Part shown: positions 1-10,295 of the stretch, piece after piece
Layout of the letters: every line of letters starts with the position of its first letter
Numbering within the stretch: the stretch's first letter is position 1
Assembly: GCA_027064085.1 (NCBI GenBank)
Contig: JAMOQH010000172.1
Location: 5,088-69,087, forward strand
From: a bacterium
Lineage (GTDB): Bacteria > UBP6 > JAFGXH01
Direction: 5' to 3'
DNA: 64,000 nucleotides
Made by a program: the position numbers and the translations under genes
The notes under the pieces: model-generated
The model's input: the letters and a program-made list of their open reading frames with translations, nothing else
What the model was told of the DNA's origin: nothing
The model's database searches: none

Positions 1-1
1 T

Positions 2-1843
2 TTAGCTTCTTTTACAACTTCTGTAATAGTTGTTTCTAAGTTAGTTGGTCTACCAGAGGATAGTCGTTCCGTATCAATAGAAATTTTTAAATGGATTAAT
101 GTAGGTAGTTTTGGTGTTTCATTCTCGTTTACACTAGATCAATTATCTTCAATAATGCTTCTTGTGGTAACTGGTATTGGTGGACTAATTCATGTTTATT
201 CTGTTGGTTATATGAATGGAGACAAGTCATATAGTAGATTTTTTACATATTTAAATTTATTTATATTTGCAATGTTGTTGCTTGTACTTGGTTCTAATAT
301 GTTAATCATGTTTATTGGTTGGGAAGGAGTTGGATTAGCATCTTATCTATTGATTGGATTTTGGTTTGAAGATTCAGCTAATGCTGCTGCAGGAATGAAA
401 GCTTTTATTGTAAATAGAATTGGTGATTTTGGTTTCTTAATTGGAATGTTTATTTTGATTCTAACTATTGGAAACTTGGATTTTAATTCTATTAAGATCG
501 CTGTAGACTCTGGTATTATAACAGGTACAGTTGCTACAGTTGCAACTATGCTTTTCTTTGTGGGTGCAATGGGTAAAAGTGCTCAGATACCTCTATATGT
601 ATGGCTTCCTGATGCAATGGCTGGTCCTACTCCTGTATCTGCTTTAATTCATGCAGCCACAATGGTTACAGCTGGTGTATACATGGTTGTAAGATTAAAT
701 TTCTTATTTATTTTAGCTCCAGCAACAATGACTGTAATTGCATTAATTGGTGCTTTTACTGCATTTTTTGCCGCCTCAATTGCTTTAGTTCAAAATGATA
801 TTAAAAAAGTTCTTGCATATTCTACTGTATCCCAATTAGGTTATATGTTTTTGGGGGTTGGAGTTGGTGCTTTTGGTGGTGGTATTTTACATCTTGTAAC
901 ACATGCATTTTTTAAAGCTACTTTATTTCTTGGTGCTGGTTCTGTTATTATTGGAATGCATCACAATCAAGATATGAGAAATATGGGTGGGCTTAAGAAA
1001 AGAATGCCTATTACGCATTGGACTATGTTAATTGCAACGATTGCAATAACAGGAGTATTACCGTTTTCTGGATTTATTTCTAAGGATGAAATTATTTGGA
1101 GAGCATTTGCTTCTCATAATACTATAATTCCATGGATAAACTATGTATTATGGGGTCTTGGTGCATTGGCAGCAATGATGACTTCATTTTATATGTGGCG
1201 TCTTTATTATTTAACATTTCAAAGTGGAGAAACAAGACTTAAAGATCATCATGTAGTTGAGCATATTAAGGAATCTCCAAAGTCTATGACATTTGCATTA
1301 GTTGTATTATCCTTTTTTGCAATTGTTATAGGTTGGATAGGCTTACCTCATTTATTTTATCATGGAAAAGGCATTTTCAATAGTTTTCATAGGTGGTTAG
1401 AGCCTCTTGTTTCAGAAAGTGAAGCTAAAATTCATGTAGTTCATAATACTGGCCTAGAATGGACATTAATGATTGTTGTTAGTGTTCTTGTATATATTTC
1501 ATTCTTTTGGGCTAGAAAATGGTATAGAAAAGAAATTAGTGTAAATACAAAAATATGGGCAGAAGCATTAAAGCCTATTCATACTTTGCTCTATAATAAA
1601 TATTTTGTTGATGAGTTGTACTATTGGTTAATAGATAAATTAATATTACAATTTTCTCATAAAGTTTTATGGAAAACAATTGATTATATATTTATTGATA
1701 ATATTATTATAAATGGTTTAGTTGCAGGTGGAAGTAAAACACTTGGATTTCTTGTTGGTTTATTTCAAACAGGTAAATTACAGTTTTATGCTTTTGTAAT
1801 GGTTGCAGCATTTTTCTTCATTTTTTATTTTATGACTTTATAA
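2..1843 (+). CDS. nuoL: NADH-quinone oxidoreductase subunit L (NuoL/ND5), 5' end outside the window
   Basis: The reading frame is open from base 2 (…IEIFKWINVGSFGVSFSFTLDQLSSIMLLVVTGIGG…) into the listed ORF. It is a polytopic antiporter-like subunit with conserved motifs (WLPDAMAGPTPVSALIHAATMV) and a long C-terminal amphipathic extension typical of NuoL. nuoM/nuoN lie immediately downstream. Confidence 0.9.
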   Translation, partial: LASFTTSVIVVSKLVGLPEDSRSVSIEIFKWINVGSFGVSFSFTLDQLSSIMLLVVTGIGGLIHVYSVGYMNGDKSYSRFFTYLNLFIFAMLLLVLGSNMLIMFIGWEGVGLASYLLIGFWFEDSANAAAGMKAFIVNRIGDFGFLIGMFILILTIGNLDFNSIKIAVDSGIITGTVATVATMLFFVGAMGKSAQIPLYVWLPDAMAGPTPVSALIHAATMVTAGVYMVVRLNFLFILAPATMTVIALIGAFTAFFAASIALVQNDIKKVLAYSTVSQLGYMFLGVGVGAFGGGILHLVTHAFFKATLFLGAGSVIIGMHHNQDMRNMGGLKKRMPITHWTMLIATIAITGVLPFSGFISKDEIIWRAFASHNTIIPWINYVLWGLGALAAMMTSFYMWRLYYLTFQSGETRLKDHHVVEHIKESPKSMTFALVVLSFFAIVIGWIGLPHLFYHGKGIFNSFHRWLEPLVSESEAKIHVVHNTGLEWTLMIVVSVLVYISFFWARKWYRKEISVNTKIWAEALKPIHTLLYNKYFVDELYYWLIDKLILQFSHKVLWKTIDYIFIDNIIINGLVAGGSKTLGFLVGLFQTGKLQFYAFVMVAAFFFIFYFMTL

Positions 1844-1853
1844 GGGAAAAAAT

Positions 1854-3419
1854 ATGTTTGATTGGCTAACTTTTATTACATTATTCCCAATTATTGGTGT
1901 AATAATTCTATTTTTTATACCCAAAAACAATGGAACTGTAATTAAGAATATTGCATTAGTTGTTTCTGTAATAAATTTTTTATTCTCTCTTGTTTTATTG
2001 GTTGGTTTTAGAGCAAATGCCTCTATGCAATTTGAAATAAATAAAGTTTGGATTAAAAATTTAGGTATTAACTATCATATAGGAATAGATGGAATATCTA
2101 TTTTTATTGTTTTATTAACAACTTTTTTAACTCCGATTGTAATATTATCTGCTTATAATGTTCTTAAAGATCCAACATACAAAGATAAAGCTAAAGAATA
2201 TATGGCATTGTTATTAATATTAGAAACCGCTGTAATTGGTGCATTAATTTCATTAGATTTAATTTTATTTTATCTGTTTTGGGAAATGATGCTTATTCCA
2301 ATGTATTTTTTAATAGGTGTTTTTGGTGGAGAAAAAAGAACTTATGCCGCCTTAAAGTTTTTTATATATACTGCTGCTGGAAGTATTATGATGCTTGTAG
2401 CAATGTTTGTTTTATATATGAATGCAGGTGGAGTTTCTTTTGACTTGGCTTATATTATTTCTCATGTACATTTAACTGCCACAGAACAAGGTTTATTGTT
2501 TTTAGCTTTTTTTATTGCATTTGCTGTAAAGGTTCCAATGTTTCCATTACATACTTGGCTTCCTGATGCTCATGTTCAAGCTCCAACAGGTGGTTCTGTA
2601 ATATTAGCCGGTGTGTTGTTAAAAATGGGAACTTATGGTTTTATTAGATTTGCCATACCTTTATTTCCTAAGGTTGCTGTAAGCTATGCGGGAGTAATTG
2701 GTATATTTGCTGTAATTGGTATTATTTATGGTGCTCTTGTTGCTATGGTTCAAAAAGATGTTAAAAAACTAGTTGCTTACTCATCCATCAGTCATCTAGG
2801 TTTTGTTGTTTTAGGTATATTTGCATTTACAAATACAAGTATGACTGGGGCAATTTATCAAATGTTAAATCATGGTATTTCAACAGGTGCATTATTTTTG
2901 TTAGTTGGAATAATATACGAGAGAAGACATACTAAAGAGATTAAAGAATTTGGTGGGTTGACAAAAGTAATGCCTCTTTATGCTGTTATTTTCTTGATTG
3001 CAACCTTATCGTCAATTGCGTTACCTTTAACTAATGGTTTTGTTGGTGAATTTTTAATTTTATCAGGGACATATATTTCAAGAGTAATGCAATGGTCAAG
3101 TGTTTTAACCATTTTTGCCGCAACTGGAGTTATTTTTGGTGCAGCTTATATGCTTTGGATGTTTAAAAGGGTTATGTTTGGTCCATTGACAAATGAAAAA
3201 AATAAAAATTTAAAAGATTTAAATTTGAGAGAATTTACATATTTATTTCCTCTTATTGTGATGATTTTTGTTATGGGTATTTTCCCAAATTTTTTCTTAA
3301 AAAGAATAGAACCAAGTGTTAATTCCTTTATAGAAAATAATATTAATACTAGAGTTTATGCTAAAAATAGTAGAGTAACTCTAAAACTTACTAAAAATCA
3401 AAAAAGGAGTAAAAGATGA
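1854..3419 (+). CDS. nuoM: NADH-quinone oxidoreductase subunit M (NuoM/ND4)
   Basis: 521 aa polytopic membrane protein with an Mrp-antiporter-like core (HTWLPDAHVQAPTGGSVILAGVLLKMGTYG). It sits between nuoL and nuoN. Confidence 0.9.
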   Translation: MFDWLTFITLFPIIGVIILFFIPKNNGTVIKNIALVVSVINFLFSLVLLVGFRANASMQFEINKVWIKNLGINYHIGIDGISIFIVLLTTFLTPIVILSAYNVLKDPTYKDKAKEYMALLLILETAVIGALISLDLILFYLFWEMMLIPMYFLIGVFGGEKRTYAALKFFIYTAAGSIMMLVAMFVLYMNAGGVSFDLAYIISHVHLTATEQGLLFLAFFIAFAVKVPMFPLHTWLPDAHVQAPTGGSVILAGVLLKMGTYGFIRFAIPLFPKVAVSYAGVIGIFAVIGIIYGALVAMVQKDVKKLVAYSSISHLGFVVLGIFAFTNTSMTGAIYQMLNHGISTGALFLLVGIIYERRHTKEIKEFGGLTKVMPLYAVIFLIATLSSIALPLTNGFVGEFLILSGTYISRVMQWSSVLTIFAATGVIFGAAYMLWMFKRVMFGPLTNEKNKNLKDLNLREFTYLFPLIVMIFVMGIFPNFFLKRIEPSVNSFIENNINTRVYAKNSRVTLKLTKNQKRSKR

Positions 3420-4963
3420 TGCCTATAGAGCCTGGAATCCTAGAACAATTAGGAATGATTATTCCTCTATTGCTACTTGTAGTATTTGCATCTTCAATCT
3501 TATTAATAGATGTATTTGCAGAATCTGAGGATAGAGCCTATCTTGGATATTTAACTGCATTTTTTCTATTTGTAGTATTAATTTTTGTAGCTAAGGATTT
3601 TAATAATAATAATGTTTCAAGACAAATATTTCACAGTAGTATTGTTATTGATAAATTTGGTTTAATATTTACAGGGATATTTATTATTGCTGGTATATTA
3701 ACATCACTTGGTTCTATTGATTATTTGAAAAAATATGATATTGCAATTGGTGAGTTTTATAGTTTAATAATGTTTGCAATAACGGGTATGTCACTAATGG
3801 TCTTTTCAACATCATTAATGACTATTTTTGTAGCCTTGGAATTGATGTCTTTACCGATTTATGCTTTATCTGGACTATTTAGGGTAAATAATCGTTCATT
3901 AGAATCTAGTGTTAAATATTTTATTTTAGGTTCCGTTGCATCTTCTATATTATTGTTCGGAATGGTATTATTGTATGGTGCAACAGGTTCTGTTAACTTA
4001 GTTACAATTGGTAATGAAATTACAACTAAATATACAAATCTTAAAACTGTTCTTAGCTCAGATCCAATAATTATAATTGGAATGCTTATGGTTTTTATTG
4101 GTTTTATGTTTAAAACAGCAACGGCACCATTTCATATGTGGACCCCTGATGTATATGAAGGAGCACCAACTATTGTAACCGGATTTATGTCTGTTGCAGT
4201 AAAAGCAGCTGCTTTTGCAACATTTTTGAGAGTATTTGGTTTATCATTCAACAATGACGCCTTATTACATCTTGCAAATGGAGCTATCTCTAATACTTCT
4301 TGGATACAGGTATTAAATATTTTGGCTATTGCGACTGTTATTATTGGTAACTTAGTTGCATTAAATCAGCGAAATGTAAAAAGAATATTAGCGTATTCTG
4401 CAATTGCACATGCAGGTTATTTAATGATAGGTTTGGTTGGATATTTTATAACTAAAGACCCAATCACATATTCTGCTTTAGTTTTATATTTCTTGTCATA
4501 TACTTTTACTGGAATGGGAGCATTTATTGCTATTTCAATATTTGAACCAAAAGATACTAACAAGGTAATGTTAGATGATTTAAATGGGGCTGCTTATAAA
4601 AAACCTTTTGTTGCTGCAACTTTAGCAATTTTTATTTTTTCATTCGCAGGTATACCGCCAATGTCTGGATTTTTTGCAAAATTTTATTTGTTTAAATCAG
4701 CTTATGTAAATGCAGGGTTGCATATTCCTGTAATTATTGCATTGATTGCGTCAGTATTTTCAGTATACTATTATTTAAGAATTTTAGTTCATTTATATAT
4801 GAAAAAAGACTATGGTGATGTTGATGTAAAAGACTATAAAACAACAGCTGGTTCAGTTATTGCATTATCAATAGCAGGATTTTTTGTTTTATATATTGGT
4901 ATTTTACCAGATCAGTACATAACTATAATTAAACATAGTTTTCTTAGTTTAATTGGAGGTTAA
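3416..4963 (+). CDS. nuoN: NADH-quinone oxidoreductase subunit N (NuoN/ND2)
   Basis: 515 aa polytopic membrane protein with a 4-nt overlap onto nuoM. The TAPFHMWTPDVYEGAPT motif is present. Confidence 0.9.
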   Translation: MMPIEPGILEQLGMIIPLLLLVVFASSILLIDVFAESEDRAYLGYLTAFFLFVVLIFVAKDFNNNNVSRQIFHSSIVIDKFGLIFTGIFIIAGILTSLGSIDYLKKYDIAIGEFYSLIMFAITGMSLMVFSTSLMTIFVALELMSLPIYALSGLFRVNNRSLESSVKYFILGSVASSILLFGMVLLYGATGSVNLVTIGNEITTKYTNLKTVLSSDPIIIIGMLMVFIGFMFKTATAPFHMWTPDVYEGAPTIVTGFMSVAVKAAAFATFLRVFGLSFNNDALLHLANGAISNTSWIQVLNILAIATVIIGNLVALNQRNVKRILAYSAIAHAGYLMIGLVGYFITKDPITYSALVLYFLSYTFTGMGAFIAISIFEPKDTNKVMLDDLNGAAYKKPFVAATLAIFIFSFAGIPPMSGFFAKFYLFKSAYVNAGLHIPVIIALIASVFSVYYYLRILVHLYMKKDYGDVDVKDYKTTAGSVIALSIAGFFVLYIGILPDQYITIIKHSFLSLIGG

Positions 4964-4964
4964 T

Positions 4965-5324
4965 ATGTCAGAAACTTATATCCCAATGGTTTTAATGATT
5001 GCTATTGCTTTTGGGCTTGGTAGTGCATTGGTGTTGCTATCAGTAGTACTTGGTCCAAAATATCCAAGTGATGTAAAAGATTATCCTTTTGAATGTGGTC
5101 ATTTAATTGATTCAGATGGTGCAAGAAAGAAGCATTCTATTAAGTTTTATATGATTGCAATTATTTTCTTACTTTTTGATCTTGAAATTGTATTTATGTA
5201 TCCCTGGGCAACTGTTTTTAGAGAAATTGGTATAACTGCTCTTTTTGAAATGTTCTTCTTTTTAGGGATATTGGTTGTTGGATATATTTATGTATGGAAA
5301 AAAGGAGTACTTGAATGGGAGTAA
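4965..5324 (+). CDS. nuoA: NADH-quinone oxidoreductase subunit A (NuoA/ND3)
   Basis: About 119 aa, 3-TM protein (…FECGHLIDSDGARKKHSIKFYMIAIIFLLFDLEIVF…). The ORF-track start at 4953 is TTG; an ATG at 4965 sits 6 nt after GGAGG, so I use 4965. Confidence 0.85.
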   Translation: MSETYIPMVLMIAIAFGLGSALVLLSVVLGPKYPSDVKDYPFECGHLIDSDGARKKHSIKFYMIAIIFLLFDLEIVFMYPWATVFREIGITALFEMFFFLGILVVGYIYVWKKGVLEWE

Positions 5325-5857
5325 AAAATACTGGAATAGAAAATATACTAGGTGAGTCAGTTGTTTTAACAAGAGCTGAAAGTATTCTAAATTGGGCTAG
5401 AAAATGGTCTCTTTTTCAATTTCCTTTTGTTACTGCATGCTGTGGTATGGAGTTTATGTCTGTTTATGGCCCTCATTATGATGCTGCTAGATTTGGAGCA
5501 GAATATCCAAGATTTTCTCCTCGTCAAGCAGATTTATTATTTGTAGTAGGAACAATATCACATAAACAATTACCTATACTAAAAAATGTTTATGACCAAA
5601 TGTCTGATCCTAAATGGGTAATTTCCTTTGGTGCTTGTGCAAGTAGTGGTGGTTTTTATAATAATTATGCTACTGTTCAGGGGATAGATACTGTTATTCC
5701 TGTTGATGTTTATATTCCTGGTTGTCCGCCTAGACCTGAGGCGATTATGGATGCAATTATTAAGTTACAAGATAAAATACAACATGAAAAATATCAAAGT
5801 AGAAAATCTTATCCTGATTTAGGTAAAAATAATAAGCCAGGAGGAGAAAATGAGTAA
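5315..5857 (+). CDS. nuoB: NADH-quinone oxidoreductase subunit B (NuoB, 20-kDa/PSST; N2 [4Fe-4S])
   Basis: Cys ligand pattern (…TACCGMEFMS…GACASSGG…IPGCPPRPE…). Its start overlaps the nuoA end and is preceded by an AAAGGAG RBS. Confidence 0.9.
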   Translation: MGVKNTGIENILGESVVLTRAESILNWARKWSLFQFPFVTACCGMEFMSVYGPHYDAARFGAEYPRFSPRQADLLFVVGTISHKQLPILKNVYDQMSDPKWVISFGACASSGGFYNNYATVQGIDTVIPVDVYIPGCPPRPEAIMDAIIKLQDKIQHEKYQSRKSYPDLGKNNKPGGENE

Positions 5858-6329
5858 AATTGTATTAGATAAAGTTTTAAGAAAGTTTCCTGATGATATT
5901 ATTGATTCTCATAGTTATGTAGGAAATGAAACCGTCATTATTAAAAAAGAGGCATTACTAAAAGTATGCTCTTTTTTAAAGGATAATAGGCAGTTAATGA
6001 TAGATATGCTGGTTGATTTAACATGTGTAGATTATCCTCAAGAAACGGAACGATTTATGATGGTTTATCACTTTTATTCTACTGAAAATAAATATAGAAT
6101 TAGAATAAAAGCTCCTGTTTCTGAAGAAGAGCCTTTTATTGATTCTTTAACTTCTATTTGGAAAAATGCAAATTGGCCAGAAAGAGAAGTTTATGATATG
6201 TATGGAGTTAAGTTTAATGATCATCCTGATTTAACAAGAATATTAATGTATGAAGAATTTGAAGGACATCCATTAAGAAAAGATTATCCTATTACTAAAA
6301 GACAGCCTATTGTTGGCCCTTTAAATTAA
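5850..6329 (+). CDS. nuoC: NADH-quinone oxidoreductase subunit C (NuoC, 30-kDa)
   Basis: 159 aa, standalone (not fused to NuoD), with a typical C-terminus (…EREVYDMYGVKFNDHPDLTRILMYEEFEGHPLRKDYP). GGAGGAG RBS. Confidence 0.85.
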   Translation: MSKIVLDKVLRKFPDDIIDSHSYVGNETVIIKKEALLKVCSFLKDNRQLMIDMLVDLTCVDYPQETERFMMVYHFYSTENKYRIRIKAPVSEEEPFIDSLTSIWKNANWPEREVYDMYGVKFNDHPDLTRILMYEEFEGHPLRKDYPITKRQPIVGPLN

Positions 6330-6338
6330 GAGGAAAAG

Positions 6339-7547
6339 ATGACAGAAAATAAAATTACAAATAGAAATGCAGGAGATTTAGATACTTCGACTATGCATAT
6401 CAATATGGGGCCTTCTCATCCCGCAATGCATGGTGTTGTAAATATTCAAGTTGATGTAGATGGGGAAAAGGTTATTAATAGTAAACTTGAAATTGGTTAT
6501 CTTCATAGAGGATTTGAGAAATCTGCAGAGTATAAAACATATAAACAAGTAATTCCTTATACTGATAGATTAAATTATGTTTCTCCATTATTAAATAATT
6601 TTGGATATACTTTAGCTGTAGAAAAATTATTAGGCATTGATATTCCAAGAAGAACAAAATTTATTAGGGTTATAATGGGAGAAATCTCAAGGATTTCAGA
6701 TCATTTAACATGTAATGCTGCTGTTATGATGGAAAATGGAGGTTTTACTCCTTTTCTATATTACATGAAAGCAAGGGAATACCTTTATGCCCTAATTGAG
6801 AAAGTTACAGGTGCAAGATTAACTGTAAATTATTCAAGAATTGGTGGATTAAGAAATGACTTACCTGAAGGTTTTAAAGAAGAAACATTAAAAATATTTA
6901 CTGATATTGAAGAAATTCTAAAAGATGTTGATACTATGGTAACTAGAAATAGAATTTTTATGGATAGATGGAGGAATACAGGTATTTTAAGTAGGGAAGA
7001 TGCTATCGCATGGAATATAACTGGACCAGTTGGAAGAGCAAGTGGCTTTGATTATGATGTAAGAAGAGATCATCCTTATTTTGTTTATGATGAACTCGAA
7101 TTTGAAGTTCCTGTTGGTAAACATGGCGATACCTATGACAGATATCTTGTAAGAGAAGAGGAAATGCGTCAATCTATTAGTATTGTTAAGCAAGCACTTG
7201 AATTAATTCCCAAAGGGCCAATTTCTGTTGATGACCCACGAGTTACTATGCCTAAAAAAACTAAAGTTTATAACTCAATAGAGGGAATGATGACTAACTT
7301 TAAATTAGTTATAGAAGGTGTTAAAGTTCCTGCGGGTGAGATATATTCCTTTACTGAGGCAGGAAATGGAGAACTTGGATATTACATAGTATCAGATGGA
7401 ACAGGTAAACCATACAGAGTAAGGTTAAAACCACCTTGTTTTTATAATACACAAGCATTATCAGCTATGATTAAGGGTAACACTATTGCGGATATTATTC
7501 CTATCTTTGGAAGTATTAATATGATTGCAGGTGAGTTAGATAGATAA
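6339..7547 (+). CDS. nuoD: NADH-quinone oxidoreductase subunit D (NuoD, 49-kDa)
   Basis: 402 aa with [NiFe]-hydrogenase large-subunit-like motifs (HINMGPSHPAMHGV…, …RVRLKPPCFYNTQAL… at the C-terminus). Confidence 0.9.
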   Translation: MTENKITNRNAGDLDTSTMHINMGPSHPAMHGVVNIQVDVDGEKVINSKLEIGYLHRGFEKSAEYKTYKQVIPYTDRLNYVSPLLNNFGYTLAVEKLLGIDIPRRTKFIRVIMGEISRISDHLTCNAAVMMENGGFTPFLYYMKAREYLYALIEKVTGARLTVNYSRIGGLRNDLPEGFKEETLKIFTDIEEILKDVDTMVTRNRIFMDRWRNTGILSREDAIAWNITGPVGRASGFDYDVRRDHPYFVYDELEFEVPVGKHGDTYDRYLVREEEMRQSISIVKQALELIPKGPISVDDPRVTMPKKTKVYNSIEGMMTNFKLVIEGVKVPAGEIYSFTEAGNGELGYYIVSDGTGKPYRVRLKPPCFYNTQALSAMIKGNTIADIIPIFGSINMIAGELDR

Positions 7548-7569
7548 ATTATTATTTAAGGGGTTGTAA

Positions 7570-9159
7570 ATGCCTACAATAAAAATAAATGGACAAGAGT
7601 TAACTGTTGAAAATGGAACAACAATACTTGAAGCTGCAAAGCAAATTGGAGTAGATATTCCTGTTTTTTGCTATCATGAAGGTCTTTCTGTTGCTGCAAA
7701 TTGTAGAATGTGCCTTGTTGAAGTAGAGCAAAATGGTAGAAAATTTCGTAATCCATTACCTGCATGTCATACTATGGTTGGTGATGGAATGGAAATTGAT
7801 ACAGAAAGTACTAATGTTAAAAAAATTAGAAAAGGAGTTTTAGAGTTCTTACTTTTAAATCATCCTATTGATTGTCCAATTTGTGACCAAGCAGGAGAAT
7901 GTTCTTTACAAAATCACTATATGGAATATGGACATTATGAATCAAGGCAGGAGTTTGAGAAAGTTAAGAAAAATAAAGCTACTCCTATAGGTAAAAATGT
8001 TATACTTGATAGTGAAAGATGTATTTTATGTTCAAGATGTGTTAGGTTCACTAATGAAGTAACTAAAACAAATGAAATGGTTATTTCAAACAGAGGAAAT
8101 CATTCCGAAATAGGGGTGTTTCCTGGTAAAACTCTTGATAATGATTATTCTATGTGTACTGTTGATATTTGTCCTGTTGGAGCATTGACTTCAAGAGATT
8201 TTAGATTTAAAAAGCGTGAGTGGTTCTTAACTAAAACAAATTCTATTTGCACTGGTTGTTCTAAAGGCTGTAATATTACAATAGAGTATGAGGCTAATGA
8301 TGTATATAGAATTAAACCTAGAGAAAATAAAGATGTAAATAAATGGTGGATGTGTGATTTTGGTAGAACAATAAAAAATGAAATAAATGATAATAGAGTT
8401 TTAAATGCACGAGTAAATAAAGATGAAAAAACTTACGAAGAAGCATTAAATTCTTTATTAGAATTATTAGATTCTTATAAAAAGAAAGAAAATAAAGTTG
8501 CAATAGTTATAAATGCTCATAATTCTACAGAGAATGCATTTGCAATAAAATATTTCTTTTCAAAGTATTTTAATATCAAAAATTTCTATATGGGAAATAA
8601 AAAAGATGGTAATTCTGATGATTTATTAATTAGAGCTGATAAAAATCCAAATAGAAAAGGTGTTAGTCTAGTAATTGGTGATACTAAAAGTGATTTATTA
8701 GATGATATATCTAAATATGAATTACTAATTCAATTTGGTTCGGAGTTAATTGAGCAATTTGATGAAAGTAAATTCAAAAACATCAAAAATTTTGTTGTTT
8801 TTGCCACAAATAAAAATAAAATAACGGATTTAGCATCTATAATTATTCCTAATAAGTCTATTGCAGAACAAACTGGAACTTTTATAAATGAAGATTCTAG
8901 AATGCAAAGATTTTTCCCTATGATAAATAATAAAACATATAAGCCAAGTGTAAATGGTGTTGTACAAATAGAAAGTGATAGAGATGATTTGCAAGAAATA
9001 TATAAATTAATTAGTGGAATATCCAAATTAGCTGGTTTTGATTTGAGATTAAACTCCATTTTTGATATTATGAATTTGATGAAAAAAGAATTAAAGCCTT
9101 TTGAAGACTTTAAATATAGTTCACTTGGTAAAAACGGTTTAATTATTGAAGGATTATAA
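7570..9159 (+). CDS. nuoG: NuoG-like Fe-S subunit (N-terminal 2Fe-2S and 4Fe-4S domains; short C-terminal region)
   Basis: 529 aa with a 2Fe-2S ferredoxin fold (CYHEGLSVAANCRMCLVEV), a 4Fe-4S N7/N4-type region (HPIDCPICDQAGECSLQ; CILCSRCVRF; CTVDICPVGALT). The remaining approximately 280 aa are much shorter than the molybdopterin-like domain of a canonical approximately 900-aa NuoG. Position between nuoD and nuoH. Confidence 0.75.
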   Translation: MPTIKINGQELTVENGTTILEAAKQIGVDIPVFCYHEGLSVAANCRMCLVEVEQNGRKFRNPLPACHTMVGDGMEIDTESTNVKKIRKGVLEFLLLNHPIDCPICDQAGECSLQNHYMEYGHYESRQEFEKVKKNKATPIGKNVILDSERCILCSRCVRFTNEVTKTNEMVISNRGNHSEIGVFPGKTLDNDYSMCTVDICPVGALTSRDFRFKKREWFLTKTNSICTGCSKGCNITIEYEANDVYRIKPRENKDVNKWWMCDFGRTIKNEINDNRVLNARVNKDEKTYEEALNSLLELLDSYKKKENKVAIVINAHNSTENAFAIKYFFSKYFNIKNFYMGNKKDGNSDDLLIRADKNPNRKGVSLVIGDTKSDLLDDISKYELLIQFGSELIEQFDESKFKNIKNFVVFATNKNKITDLASIIIPNKSIAEQTGTFINEDSRMQRFFPMINNKTYKPSVNGVVQIESDRDDLQEIYKLISGISKLAGFDLRLNSIFDIMNLMKKELKPFEDFKYSSLGKNGLIIEGL

Positions 9160-9161
9160 TT

Positions 9162-10286
9162 ATGATTACAATTATTCTTTGGGCTCTTTTAAAAATAGTT
9201 ATTATAGTTGGTTTTACCATGGCAATGGCAGCTCTTTTAACTATTACCGATAGAAGAGAAAGTAGTATGATTCAGGACCGCCTTGGCCCTAATAGAGCAC
9301 CGCTGTTTAGTTCTGAAGTATGGAATGTTACTGGCAAGATTAGGTTGATAGGTATTGTTCATGTTATTGCAGATGCTTTAAAAATGATTTTTAAAGAAGA
9401 TTTTGCCGTTAAAAAAGGTAATAAGTTTATACATACAATATCTCCCATTTTGGCATTCTCTCCTGGTTTGGTTATATTAGCCGTTATACCTTTTGGTGGT
9501 ACAACTGCTGGTGGATTGAGTTTTCAAATTACTGATTTTGGACCAGGCGTATTGTTTGCTTTTGCTTTTGCTTCACTTGGTGTTTATGGTATTGCTTTGG
9601 CTGGTTGGTCTTCAAATAGTAAGTTTTCATTACTTGGTGGTATTAGGGCTACTTCTCAAATGATTTCTTATGAAGTCGCATTAGGATTAAGCTTAATGGG
9701 AATATTTTTAATATTTGGTACACTGAATTTAGGTGAAATTGTTCAAGGACAACAAGCATTAAATGCAAATGGAACCCCAGACTTACTATTTGGTTTCTTA
9801 CCTAAATGGGGTTTGTTTTTACAGCCTTTTGCATTGTTTTTATACTTTGCGGCTGCTACAGCAGAAACCAAAAGAGCTCCATTTGATGTTCCTGAAGCTG
9901 AATCAGAATTGGTTGCGGGTTTCTTTACAGAATATGGAAGTATGAAAATGGGGGCATTTTTATTTGGTGAATATATTGAAGTAATTATATTTTCCATGAT
10001 GTTTACTACCATGTTTCTAGGTGGATATCATTTGCCATATTTATATAGTGATGGTTTTCACTTTTTTGGTCATAATCTTGAAATAAATGCGACATTAGTT
10101 GCGATGATTCAATTGTTTACATTCTTTGGAAAAGTTATATTTGTAGCATGGTTTCATTTAGTAATTAGATGGACTCTTCCAAGATTTAGATATGACCAGG
10201 TTATAAATTTAGGTTGGAAGATGCTTTTTCCTGCTGCATTATTAAATATGGCAATTACTGCGATTGTTCTTACTTTTATTAAATAA
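9162..10286 (+). CDS. nuoH: NADH-quinone oxidoreductase subunit H (NuoH/ND1)
   Basis: 374 aa polytopic membrane protein with conserved ND1 motifs (ETKRAPFDVPEAESELVAGFFTEYG). Confidence 0.9.
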   Translation: MITIILWALLKIVIIVGFTMAMAALLTITDRRESSMIQDRLGPNRAPLFSSEVWNVTGKIRLIGIVHVIADALKMIFKEDFAVKKGNKFIHTISPILAFSPGLVILAVIPFGGTTAGGLSFQITDFGPGVLFAFAFASLGVYGIALAGWSSNSKFSLLGGIRATSQMISYEVALGLSLMGIFLIFGTLNLGEIVQGQQALNANGTPDLLFGFLPKWGLFLQPFALFLYFAAATAETKRAPFDVPEAESELVAGFFTEYGSMKMGAFLFGEYIEVIIFSMMFTTMFLGGYHLPYLYSDGFHFFGHNLEINATLVAMIQLFTFFGKVIFVAWFHLVIRWTLPRFRYDQVINLGWKMLFPAALLNMAITAIVLTFIK

Positions 10287-10295
10287 GGGGTTACA

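Noticed and set aside
4953-4964. ORF-track N-terminal extensions beginning with M where the underlying codon is TTG/GTG. The case here is nuoA 4953; others are 13748, 17177, 18724, 21271, 27792, 29770, 34541, 41296, 52172, 52312 and 55634.
   Set aside because: In most cases an ATG with a GGAGG-type RBS at 4-8 nt lies a few codons downstream, and the downstream start gives a sensible signal peptide or conserved N-terminus. The extensions are probably artefacts of permissive start-codon handling. For 13748 and 17177 the true start remains uncertain.
7570-9159. Possibility that the short nuoG is a pseudogene or truncated by frameshift
   Set aside because: It is a single uninterrupted 529-aa ORF with all Fe-S ligand motifs, ending 2 nt before nuoH with a normal operon junction. 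A natural short-form NuoG is more likely.
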